Part shown: positions 21,288 through 29,406 of the stretch, piece by piece | Numbering within the stretch: position 1 is the stretch's first letter | Layout: each line of letters begins with the position of its first letter | DNA from: Caldilineae bacterium | Lineage (GTDB): Bacteria; Chloroflexota; Anaerolineae; Epilineales; Epilineaceae | Length of the DNA stretch: 64,000 bases | Reading direction: 5' to 3' | NCBI GenBank assembly: GCA_020634625.1 | Contig: JACKBJ010000001.1 | Location: 153,276-217,275, forward strand | Translations under genes and position numbers: made by a program | The notes under the pieces: model-generated | Told to the model about the DNA's origin: nothing | The model's database searches: none | What the model saw: only the letters and a program-made list of their open reading frames with translations

Positions 21288-22637
21288 TCAGGGCGCTGCC
21301 GGCGATGCCTGGCCCGTGCCGGCACGCGCCGTGGCCGTCGCCGGCGTGCTGCCGTCTCGGGTCAGGTTCACCTCGATCTCGAGCGGGGTGATGCTGATCT
21401 CGCGCACGCCCTCGGGCAGCCGAAGCGTCGGTGCCAGGCGCCCGGCACCCGGCTCGCGTCCCGTGAGGTCGATGAAGGCTTCCATGTCGGCTTCCCGAAT
21501 TGCGTCGAGCAGGGGCTGCGCGCCGCCAACCAGCACCCGGACCCGGGCCGGATTGACCTGCGCGCTGAAGCCGGCTGGAATCGAGAGGATCCGAACCGGG
21601 ATGTCGAGCGACCGCGTCCCTTGGAGCGGCTTCACCCGCACCGTCACGGTCACGCCGTCCGGTGCGTTCACCGCCTCGACGCCCTCCGGCAGCGCGAGCG
21701 GCACGCGTGCGACCAGATCGCTGGTGATGCCCGTCACGTCGACGCTCGGGCTCAAGCCGTCGCGCAGCGCGTCGATGGCCTCGCTGGATCCCGCCAGCTG
21801 AACCGTCTCGGGCTCGACCTCGAACCCGACCACCCGGTAGCCCTCGGCCGGGGCACCGGTGTAGCCGGCCAGCACGAAGACCGGCTCGCCCTGCTGCTCC
21901 ACGCGCAGATCGACATCGACCTGGATGGGATCGATGAGGACGTCCGTCACCTCACGCCCGAAGGCGTCCAGGGCGACCAGTCGAACGCCCTCGACCAGGC
22001 TGCGCTGGTTGAGCCGGGGCAGGCTCGCCAAGGGCGCCGCCACGCGATCGACCCGTTCGACCTGCGGTCCGGCACCCAGGACACGGGCGCGGCCCGGCAT
22101 GGCCTGCCGGCTGGTCAGCGAGTAGCCCAGCGGCGGGTCCGAGCCGAGCTCGACGTCGATCTCGAAGCTGCGGCTGGTCCTCGGCGCCACGCGCAGGCCG
22201 ACGCTGTCCGGCTTGACGCTGGCGATCCGTATGCCCCGACGAATGCAGCGCAAGGCCTGACGACAGTGGGCAACCACCCGTCCTTCGTAGTTCGTGTCGT
22301 CGGGCCCGACGTCGGAGAGGTCGACGCTGGCCACGAGGTCCTCCGGCCGCATCGCCTTGAGCTCGTCCTCGACACCGCGCAGCTCGACCTTCACGCTGCG
22401 TTGATCGGGCCGGTACCAGGCCAGGTTCTCGTCGAGGCCGACGAAGACGATCTCGATCCGCACCTCGGAGTCGGGCGCCGGAAGGGTGACTTTCGTGATC
22501 GGTCGCACGCGCGCCACGCTGGAAAGCCAGACCACGAAGGCCAGCACCAGGGCCAGTCCAAGCGAGGCAAGCCGCTCGCGGCCAGGCTTGCGACCGGCGG
22601 CCAGCCAGCCGGCGACGGTGTCAATCACGAAGGTCAT
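21288..22637 (-). CDS. cdaR: YbbR-domain protein (CdaA regulator CdaR-like)
   Basis: ORF track 21288..22862. The start at 22637 (MTFVIDTVAGWL, with a TM segment LGLALVLAFVVWL) overlaps the cdaA stop by 17 nt. Repeated YbbR-like beta modules (V.V.V.G....Y.V....P..V.V.G). Its position directly after cdaA is the canonical arrangement. Confidence 0.8.
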   Translation of the reverse strand: MTFVIDTVAGWLAAGRKPGRERLASLGLALVLAFVVWLSSVARVRPITKVTLPAPDSEVRIEIVFVGLDENLAWYRPDQRSVKVELRGVEDELKAMRPEDLVASVDLSDVGPDDTNYEGRVVAHCRQALRCIRRGIRIASVKPDSVGLRVAPRTSRSFEIDVELGSDPPLGYSLTSRQAMPGRARVLGAGPQVERVDRVAAPLASLPRLNQRSLVEGVRLVALDAFGREVTDVLIDPIQVDVDLRVEQQGEPVFVLAGYTGAPAEGYRVVGFEVEPETVQLAGSSEAIDALRDGLSPSVDVTGITSDLVARVPLALPEGVEAVNAPDGVTVTVRVKPLQGTRSLDIPVRILSIPAGFSAQVNPARVRVLVGGAQPLLDAIREADMEAFIDLTGREPGAGRLAPTLRLPEGVREISITPLEIEVNLTRDGSTPATATARAGTGQASPAAP

Positions 22638-23598
22638 CCGATGTCGGTGACGGGACGCGGGGAGTCGGCTCCGGCTCGCGCTCGATGGCGTCCTCCGCGT
22701 CGTCGACCACGCCGAGCTGCCGGAGCAAGCCAGGCAAGCGTCGGCGTAGCGCCAGGCCCGGCGCGGACTCTGCGAAGGGCCGGACGACCGGCTCCAGAGC
22801 CCGGATGGTCGCCGGTGCCTCCGGCTCGAGGAGCGCCCGATAGAGCCGTTGGGCGAGCGCACCCTCGTCCAGACGCCGGGTCAGCCGACCGTCCTGCGCC
22901 ATCGAGACGATGCCGCTCTCCTCGGAGACCACGACCGCCACCACGTCGGCGCTGCGCGTGATGGAGATCGCCGCCAGGTGCCGGGTTCCGAGCCCGCGCG
23001 ACTGCGTGGTCTGCTCACCGAGGGGAAGCACGACCCTCGCGGCGGCGATCCGGCCGTTCCGAACCACGACCGCCCCGTCGTGCAAGGGCGAGTTCGGGTA
23101 GAAGATCTGTGCGAGGAGATCCTCGCCGAGCGCGGCATCCAGGGCAACACCCCGCTCGGTGAGCTCGTCGAGCCGGCTGCCGCGCTCGATGACGATCAAG
23201 GCACCGTGGCGCTGATCCGCCAGGCGACGGGCGGCCAGGGCGATGACCGTGGCGAAGCCCGAGTCGAGGCGCTCACCCGCACGCAGGCTGAACAGTCCCG
23301 GCCGACCGAGGCGCTCGAAGGCACGGCGCAGCTCGGGTTGAAAGATGACCGGCACCGACACCAGGATGGCCGGCAGAATCGCGCGCAGGATCCCCTGAAA
23401 TGCCGGAAGCTGCAGATACTGGCTCACGACGAAGACGAACAGCACCAGGATCAGGATCCCGCGCAAGAGCTGGGCGGCTCGGGCGCCTCGGACCACGTAC
23501 AACAGCCCGTAGATCAGCGCGGCGACCAGCAGCACGTCGAGGACCTCGGAAGGGCCCATCGACAAGATGTAGATCCAGAGGTCGCTCAGCTGATTCAT
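22621..23598 (-). CDS. cdaA: Diadenylate cyclase CdaA (membrane-bound DAC domain)
   Basis: ORF track 22621..23772. Start at ATG 23598 (MNQLSDLWIYILSMG...). Three N-terminal TM helices. DAC-domain motifs GALIVIERG, PLHDGAVVV, GTRHLAAISIT, VVAVVVSEESG. Confidence 0.93.
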   Translation of the reverse strand: MNQLSDLWIYILSMGPSEVLDVLLVAALIYGLLYVVRGARAAQLLRGILILVLFVFVVSQYLQLPAFQGILRAILPAILVSVPVIFQPELRRAFERLGRPGLFSLRAGERLDSGFATVIALAARRLADQRHGALIVIERGSRLDELTERGVALDAALGEDLLAQIFYPNSPLHDGAVVVRNGRIAAARVVLPLGEQTTQSRGLGTRHLAAISITRSADVVAVVVSEESGIVSMAQDGRLTRRLDEGALAQRLYRALLEPEAPATIRALEPVVRPFAESAPGLALRRRLPGLLRQLGVVDDAEDAIEREPEPTPRVPSPTSDDLRD

Positions 23599-23641
23599 GG
23601 TGGCTCCGGGCGGCCCGGGCGGCGGCAGCGCCGCGCCAGGC

Positions 23642-24574
23642 TCAGCCCAACAGCGGGGCTCCGCCGACCAGCCAGGCCAACAGCGCCCGCTGCGCGTGGA
23701 GTCGGTTCTCGGCTTGCTCGAAGACGCGCGCCGCGCTGCCGTCCATCGCGCCGGCGCTGATCTCTTCGCCACGATGGGCCGGCAAGCAGTGCATCACGAT
23801 CACATGGGCAGACGCGCGCGCGATACAGGCCTCGTCCAGCCGGTAGGGCAGGAACGCGGAACGGCGCGAGGCCGCTTCTTCCTCCTGGCCCATGCTGGCC
23901 CAGACGTCGGTATAGAGCACGTCGGCACCGTCGATCGCGGCGAGATCCGACGTCGACTCGACGGCGCCCCCGCTCATGCGCGCGAGCGCGGCCGCGCGCG
24001 CCAGCACCGTCGCGTCGGGACCGTAGCCTTCGGGATGGATGATGCTGACCGACATCCCCGAGAGCGCGCCGCCCAGGAGCAGCGAATGCGCCACGTTGTT
24101 GCCGTCGCCGAGGTAGGCGAGACGGCGACCGGCGAGCGAACCGAAGGTGTCGCGGACGGTGAGCAAGTCGGCCAAGCCCTGGCAAGGATGGAACCGGTCG
24201 GAGAGGCCGTTGATGACCGGGACGCTGGCCTGGGCCGCCAGCTCGACGACGTCGGCGTGTGCGAAGACCCGCGCCATCACCGCATCCACATAGCCCGAGA
24301 GCACGCGCGCGACGTCGGCGACCGCCTCGCGCTGTCCCAGACCGACCTCCGCCGGCGATAGGTAGAGCGCCTGCCCGCCGAGCTGCAGCATGGCGACATC
24401 GAAGGACACCCGCGTGCGGAGCGACGGCTTGGTGAAGACCATCGCCAGGACCTTGCCTGCCAGCACCGGTTCGAGCCGTCCCCGACGCTGATCCTCGCGC
24501 AGCCGATCGGCCAACGTGAGCAAGGCCGCGAGCCGTTCGGGGCCAAGCTGGTCCAGGCTCAAGAAGTCCTTCAT
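23642..24574 (-). CDS. argF: Ornithine carbamoyltransferase
   Basis: 310 aa. FTKPSLRTRVSF (carbamoyl-phosphate site), HPCQGLADL, HCLPAHRGEEI. Confidence 0.93.
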   Translation of the reverse strand: MKDFLSLDQLGPERLAALLTLADRLREDQRRGRLEPVLAGKVLAMVFTKPSLRTRVSFDVAMLQLGGQALYLSPAEVGLGQREAVADVARVLSGYVDAVMARVFAHADVVELAAQASVPVINGLSDRFHPCQGLADLLTVRDTFGSLAGRRLAYLGDGNNVAHSLLLGGALSGMSVSIIHPEGYGPDATVLARAAALARMSGGAVESTSDLAAIDGADVLYTDVWASMGQEEEAASRRSAFLPYRLDEACIARASAHVIVMHCLPAHRGEEISAGAMDGSAARVFEQAENRLHAQRALLAWLVGGAPLLG

Positions 24575-24686
24575 GTCCAGGTCCGTTCGGGCATGGGCGG
24601 CAGGCTCGACGACGCCTCAGCGCCGCAGTATAGTGCTCGCGCGCGGCCGGGAGCAAGCCCGGCTCGAGCCAGCTTCCGCTCGGCGC

Positions 24687-25586
24687 TCAAGCGCCCCGCG
24701 ACAGTCCGATCGCGGCGACCAGCATGGCGAGCATCGTCATGCCCTGCGTTGCGTGAAAGACCCAGCGCGACCGGCCGGTGTCGAGCTCGACCTGATAGGG
24801 CCACTGCAGCACGAACAGCATCGCGACGCAGGCAGTCGCGACCGGGCTGCCCGTACCTGCCAGCGTGGCCAGTCCGAGCAGCTGCCCGGCGACGATCTGC
24901 TGCCGCCGCGTCGTGCCAAACGGCCCGTCGCGATCGGCGATCGACGCGCGGTAGACGATGGCGAAGGCCGCGAAGAGCATGGCGGCCGGCCAGACGCTCA
25001 GCCACCAGTGCGCCAGGTCGAGCAGGTTGCCGGCGGCCACCTGTAGGTTGGCATCGATGCGAGCGCCGCCGCCGGTGACCCGCCATGCGATGATGGCGGG
25101 ACACCAGATCTCGGCCATGCCGCGTTCCCATCCATCCCGAGCCGGCAGTCGACCGCGCCGCAACACGCTGAGGACCCAGGCGGCCAGCACCGCGACCATG
25201 GCCACCATCGCGCCGGGCTCGAGCGTCCAGAGCAGCGCCGCGACCAGGAGCAGCTGCCAGCCGGCCCCCTGGCGCAGGGCCGGCGCGAAACGCGCCAGCC
25301 GCGCCGTGGGTCGCGGCAGGGGAACCGAATCGATGCCGGCCGGGTCGATCAGATCGCGCCAGAGTCGACCCAGCAGCGGAACCGCGACGAACCAGGCCAC
25401 CACCAGCCGCGCCATCAGATCGAGGTCCGGCCAGCCGGGTCCGGACGCCAGGCTGCCGCAGACGAAGGCCCAGGTGGCACCGAGGACGTAGCGATTGGGC
25501 CGCCAGGCGAATCGGATGTCGAGCGATGGGTCCGCCGGTGCGAACGCGGCGTCCGATGCCCGCTCCGTCCGCTCCCGACTAGCCAC
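24687..25586 (-). CDS. Polytopic integral membrane protein, unknown function
   Basis: ORF track 24687..26027, but its 5' part overlaps the upstream gene. A GTG at 25586 gives an 8-nt overlap (GTGGCTAG) with the upstream stop. An alternative ATG is at 25415. There are at least six hydrophobic helices (LLLVAALLWTL, MVAMVAVLAAWVL, AAMLFAAFAIV, MTMLAMLVAAIGL and others). Confidence 0.6.
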   Translation of the reverse strand: MASRERTERASDAAFAPADPSLDIRFAWRPNRYVLGATWAFVCGSLASGPGWPDLDLMARLVVAWFVAVPLLGRLWRDLIDPAGIDSVPLPRPTARLARFAPALRQGAGWQLLLVAALLWTLEPGAMVAMVAVLAAWVLSVLRRGRLPARDGWERGMAEIWCPAIIAWRVTGGGARIDANLQVAAGNLLDLAHWWLSVWPAAMLFAAFAIVYRASIADRDGPFGTTRRQQIVAGQLLGLATLAGTGSPVATACVAMLFVLQWPYQVELDTGRSRWVFHATQGMTMLAMLVAAIGLSRGA

Positions 25587-27069
25587 CGGCCACCATCGCC
25601 CGCGCTCCCATGACCCAGCGCTCGGCCAGCTCGAGATCGATCGGCAACACGCCTTGCGCCGCGACCAGCTCGACGATCCGCGCCGGGCTGGCCTGGGCCA
25701 GAGCCGGCAGGTCGGCGATGCCCGCCTCGGCCAGGAGCCCGGCGTAGATCGGCGTGATGCCCGCGACCTGTCGCAACACGGCGATGGGATCGGGTTGCGC
25801 GGGTGCGCTGGCCATCGGTTGGCTTGGCTCGCCATCCGGCGTGTGGCTCGGCTCGGCCGGTTGCCGCGCGGGAGGCGGCGACGCCGGGATGGGCGTTGCC
25901 GGGAGCTCCTCGATCGCGGGCCTGGCTTCCCCCGGCCAGGCTCCGCTCGGCACGGGTGCCTCGCGAGCACCGCCCTCGGATGGCCCGGAGGCCTCCGGTT
26001 GGGCCGCGCCCCATCGACGACGCCCAAGCAAGGTCAGCAGGCCGGCACCCAGCGGCCAGGCCAGGAGCAAGGCGAGCGGCAGCAGGGCCCCGCAGAATCC
26101 GACCAGGCTGCTGAAGGCGATCATGAGCAGGCTGCCGATCAAGACCGCCAGGAAGCCAGCGCCCAGACCGGCGCGGCCGCTGCGTCCAGCAGCCGGCCAG
26201 AGACGCCGCCCGATGAGCTCACCCACCCCCACGACGCCGACCGCCAATGCCCCCAGATAGAGGAAGACGGGCAGCACGAGCAGGGCCAGAAAGGGCAGCA
26301 ACACGAGCGACAGCAGGCCGAGGAACAGGGTCATCGCGCCGGACCCGGAGGCCGCGTCACGCACGTTGTCGAGGGCCTCGGGTATGACCTGAACGGCAAG
26401 CGCACCGAAGACCACTGCGAAGCCGACCATCGCCAGGATCCACTTCAGCGCATCCAGCCAGCGTCGACCGCTCGTGCCCGACGCGTCGGCGACGCCGTGC
26501 ACCACGGCCCCCTCGGAGCGGTCGATCTCGCCGGTCGCGCGCACGTCGCCCTGCACATTGGCGCCGCGCTCGAGGACCAGGTCGCCATCGGTGGTCACGC
26601 CGCCACCGACGATCCCCGAGACCGTGACATCGCCGCCGGCCGCGATGCTCCCGTCGACGCGCCCGGCCACGGTCACCTGGCCCCGGAGCGCCGCCAGATC
26701 GCCGAGCACGGAGCCCGAGACCGTTGCGTCGCCGCCGAGAGCCGCCGCGTCGCCCATCACCTGTCCGCCGATCTCGAGGTCTCGACCGACGGCCACGTCG
26801 CCCATGACCACGCCGCTGAGGCGCGCGCTGCCCAAGGGGACGTTGACGCTTCCCCCGACGGTCGCGCCCTGCTCGAGATAGAGGCTGCCGCCCATCACGA
26901 ACAGGTCGCAGGCGAGCTCCCGACCGGATTCGATGGTGACGTCACCCAGCCATTCGAAGCACTCGTCCTCGGCCTGGGCCGCAACCGACCGGGGGACCGC
27001 GGCCAGGAGCAGCAGGCCGAGAAGGAAGGCCCCCATCCAAGGGCCGAAGGGGGATCTGCTTCGCTTCAC
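25579..27069 (-). CDS. Signal peptide + bactofilin-like repeat domain + multi-TM region + C-terminal DUF4332-like helix-hairpin-helix
   Basis: 496 aa. MKRSRSPFGPWMGAFLLGLLLLAAVPRSVAAQ. Repeats GGSVNVPLGSARLSGVVMGDVAVGRDLEIGGQVMGDAAALGGDATVSGSVLGDLAALRGQVTVAGRVDGSIAAGGDVTVSG. TM block, Pro-rich linker, then LRQVAGITPIYAGLLAEAGIADLPAL. Confidence 0.85.
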   Translation of the reverse strand: MKRSRSPFGPWMGAFLLGLLLLAAVPRSVAAQAEDECFEWLGDVTIESGRELACDLFVMGGSLYLEQGATVGGSVNVPLGSARLSGVVMGDVAVGRDLEIGGQVMGDAAALGGDATVSGSVLGDLAALRGQVTVAGRVDGSIAAGGDVTVSGIVGGGVTTDGDLVLERGANVQGDVRATGEIDRSEGAVVHGVADASGTSGRRWLDALKWILAMVGFAVVFGALAVQVIPEALDNVRDAASGSGAMTLFLGLLSLVLLPFLALLVLPVFLYLGALAVGVVGVGELIGRRLWPAAGRSGRAGLGAGFLAVLIGSLLMIAFSSLVGFCGALLPLALLLAWPLGAGLLTLLGRRRWGAAQPEASGPSEGGAREAPVPSGAWPGEARPAIEELPATPIPASPPPARQPAEPSHTPDGEPSQPMASAPAQPDPIAVLRQVAGITPIYAGLLAEAGIADLPALAQASPARIVELVAAQGVLPIDLELAERWVMGARAMVAGG

Positions 27070-27096
27070 GATGGATCTCCTAGCGGTGCGGCGGGA

Positions 27097-27639
27097 TCAG
27101 GAGCGGCGTGTGCTCGAGCGCGCGGGAGCCGTACGGGGAAGCACGAGCGCGGCAAACCATAGCATTGCCAACGCCGCGGCCAGGAGCCCATATAGGAGCC
27201 ATGCCTGACCGCTGCCGGCTACTATAGCCCCCAGTCCGTCCAGAAAGGAAATCGTCCCGGGCACCAGACCGCGCCCCAGTGTGGTTGCCGCGGCGAGCCG
27301 GCCAGGCCCGGGAAGGCCGTCCACGACACCCGCGATCGCCGAGGCCAAACCACCGACCGCCGCAAGGATGGCGAGGATGCCGAGCAGACGGCGTTGCCAG
27401 GCCGGGGCACGTCGCGACTCTTCGGCGATCCGGGCCAAGGCCCGCGATCCGAAGTTGGGCGGGGGCTCGACCAGGCGCTCGGCGCGAAGCAGACCCTCGA
27501 GCGCCTCGAGCTTCCGCCACTCATGCCGACAGGCTTCACAGCCGAGCAGGTGCGTCTCGAAGCCGGCCTCGTCGACCTGGCCTTCGGCGGCGTTGTCCAG
27601 CGCCTCGGCCATCAGCTCGCAAGCGTCATCGCATGGCAT
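27097..27639 (-). CDS. Anti-sigma factor, zf-HC2 (ZAS) type, single-pass membrane
   Basis: ORF track 27097..27840. Start at ATG 27639 (MPCDDACELMAEAL...). HLLGCEAC (HxxxCxxC) motif, and a TM segment LLGILAILAAVGGLASAIAG. It overlaps the sigma gene's 3' end by 28 nt. Confidence 0.85.
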   Translation of the reverse strand: MPCDDACELMAEALDNAAEGQVDEAGFETHLLGCEACRHEWRKLEALEGLLRAERLVEPPPNFGSRALARIAEESRRAPAWQRRLLGILAILAAVGGLASAIAGVVDGLPGPGRLAAATTLGRGLVPGTISFLDGLGAIVAGSGQAWLLYGLLAAALAMLWFAALVLPRTAPARSSTRRS

Positions 27640-28265
27640 CGCATCAACCCTCCCGTCGTATGAGCGGCCAGAGCCGGCTTGCGGTCCTGCTCCCGATCGG
27701 CGGAACCCGCATGTGGAAAGTCGGAATCCTGGGCCAAGACCTCCGCCAGCTGGCGGCGTGCGCGATGCAGCCGGCTCTTGACCGCGGAGACGCTGGTATC
27801 GGTCACCTCGGCGATCTCGGCATAGCCCAGGTCGTGCCAATAGCGCAGGACCACCACCAACCGATCGGTGTCCGGCAAGCTCGTCAAGAGCCGCTCGACG
27901 CGGTCGGCCCGATCGGAACGCTCGGCCGACTGCTCGGGATCCGGCACGTTGGCCGGGATGGCGCGCCAGGCTGGCAGGCCATCCAACGAGATCTCCTGCA
28001 TGCGCCGCCGCCGCAGCCGATCGATGCAGTGATGCGCGGTGATCGATAGGACCCAGGTCGAAAACGGGCGTGCCGGATCGTAGCTCGCCAGCGCGCGATA
28101 GGCCTTCAAGAAGGCCTCCTGCGCCGCATCCTCGGCATCACCGGCGCTGCCGAGCATGCGATAGGCCAGGCTGAAGACGGGACGCTGATAGGCCTCGACC
28201 AGATGGCCGAAGGCCTGATCGTCTCCGGCGCGCGCTGCAGCGATCCAGGCGCTCTCGTCACTCAT
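27612..28265 (-). CDS. ECF (group 4) sigma-70 family RNA polymerase sigma factor
   Basis: ORF track 27612..28445. Start at ATG 28265 (MSDESAWIAAARAGDDQAFGHLVEAYQRPVFSLAYRMLG). Region 2: DAEDAAQEAFLKAYRAL..FSTWVLSITAHHCID. Region 4: LVVVLRYWHDLGYAEIAEVTDTSVSAVKSRLHRARRQL. Confidence 0.93.
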   Translation of the reverse strand: MSDESAWIAAARAGDDQAFGHLVEAYQRPVFSLAYRMLGSAGDAEDAAQEAFLKAYRALASYDPARPFSTWVLSITAHHCIDRLRRRRMQEISLDGLPAWRAIPANVPDPEQSAERSDRADRVERLLTSLPDTDRLVVVLRYWHDLGYAEIAEVTDTSVSAVKSRLHRARRQLAEVLAQDSDFPHAGSADREQDRKPALAAHTTGGLMRCHAMTLAS

Positions 28266-28381
28266 GTCGGTTCCTCTCCTTCGACAGATGCCAGGCCCTA
28301 CGCATCGCGCGGCCGACGGGTTGCACCGTCGCTCGCCGGTTTGCCCCTGCCGCCTGGCCTCTCTAGAATCGGCGCCGGGGG

Positions 28382-28597
28382 GTGAGCGCGATGAACTCGG
28401 ATCGGATCCTGCTCGACTATACCGGAACCTACGGCGGTCGCGCATCTCGCGACGAGATCCTGCGCGCGCTCAAGGAAGCGCTGGCGCTCGTCGAACAGAC
28501 GCCCGGCGAGGCGCAGCTGTCCTGCGCCGGGCTGCGCATCGAGCTGCTCGACGCCGGCGGCGCGGCGCCGGCTCAGGATCAAGGCGTGGCGCCCTGA
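28382..28597 (+). CDS. Small hypothetical protein (about 68-71 aa)
   Basis: GTG at 28382 or ATG at 28391. Strong G/C third-position bias and a plausible helical sequence (RDEILRALKEALALVEQ). Divergent from the ECF sigma gene. The last 19 nt overlap the convergent DsbA gene. No known motif. Confidence 0.35.
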   Translation: MSAMNSDRILLDYTGTYGGRASRDEILRALKEALALVEQTPGEAQLSCAGLRIELLDAGGAAPAQDQGVAP

Positions 28598-29406
28598 CCC
28601 AGATCCTGCTGATAGAGTCGGAACAGGCGATCCCAATCCGCGATCTCGATCGCGCCCTGCGTCTTGCGTCCGTTGATGAGATAGGTCGGCGTTCCCTCGA
28701 AGCCTTGCGCATAGGCGAAGGCGGCCGAGGCGTCGATCCGGTCTCGATGGCGACCGGATCGAAAACAGCTGCCGAAGGCCTCGGGGTCCAAGCCCTCCTC
28801 GCCGGCCAGGCGCTCGAGGTTCTCGGGATCCAGCGGCTGGGCGCTGGTGCCACCCGCCATCGCGAACACGGCATCGTGGTAGCTCCAGAATCGCCCTTGC
28901 TCGCCCGCGCAATGGGCGGCTCTGGCCGCATCGATCGAGCGATCCCCGCGGATCGCGAAGTCTCGAAACACCACGCGAACGAAACCCTGCGCCAACCAGG
29001 TCTGCTTGAGCCAAGGCAGCACGACGGTGGCGAACTGGCGGCAGTTGGGACACTGGTAGTCCGAGAACTCGACGATGGTCACCGGCGCGTCGGCCGCTCC
29101 GATGAAGGGATCGCCCTCGGGCGTCACGCCGGTCCCCGGCTCGACCGATCCCCCGGACACGGGATCGGCTGGCGTGATCGCGACGTTGTCGGCCGGCGCC
29201 GCGTCAACCGGAAGGGCCGTCGCCGCGGTGCCGACCGCACCCGCCATCGGGGCGAGCCCCCGCTCGCGGGCGATCAACAACCAGGTCGTGCCCCCGGCGA
29301 GCAGCACCAGGGCCAGGAATCCCAGCAGCAGACCGGGACCGATCACGATCGCGGAGTCCTTGCCAGCGCCCCGGGACGCGGCCTTGACCGGCTTGCTTCG
29401 GCTCAT
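28579..29406 (-). CDS. Membrane-anchored DsbA-family thiol:disulfide oxidoreductase
   Basis: ORF track 28579..29712. The start at 29406 (MSRSKPVK..) forms an ATGA overlap with the upstream stop. TM anchor VIGPGLLLGFLALVLLAGG. FSDYQCPNCRQF (CxxC). GTPTYLINGR cis-Pro loop region. Confidence 0.9.
   Translation of the reverse strand: MSRSKPVKAASRGAGKDSAIVIGPGLLLGFLALVLLAGGTTWLLIARERGLAPMAGAVGTAATALPVDAAPADNVAITPADPVSGGSVEPGTGVTPEGDPFIGAADAPVTIVEFSDYQCPNCRQFATVVLPWLKQTWLAQGFVRVVFRDFAIRGDRSIDAARAAHCAGEQGRFWSYHDAVFAMAGGTSAQPLDPENLERLAGEEGLDPEAFGSCFRSGRHRDRIDASAAFAYAQGFEGTPTYLINGRKTQGAIEIADWDRLFRLYQQDLGQGATP

Noticed and set aside
21087-22961. 624-aa plus-strand ORF, and 28264..29586 (440 aa) on the plus strand
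   Set aside because: They are antisense to cdaR/GT and to the DsbA/glycosidase genes respectively. No motifs, and an Arg/His/Gly-rich composition.
24687-26027. Full-length 446-aa version of the polytopic membrane protein ORF, and similar long N-terminal extensions of uvrA, cdaA, cdaR, the sigma and anti-sigma genes, fni, the CBS-type gene and murJ
   Set aside because: The upstream extensions overlap neighbouring well-supported genes or translate to Arg/Pro-rich sequence. The conserved N-termini begin at internal ATG/GTG codons, often with an RBS or a 4- to 8-nt stop/start overlap, so I trimmed the starts accordingly.
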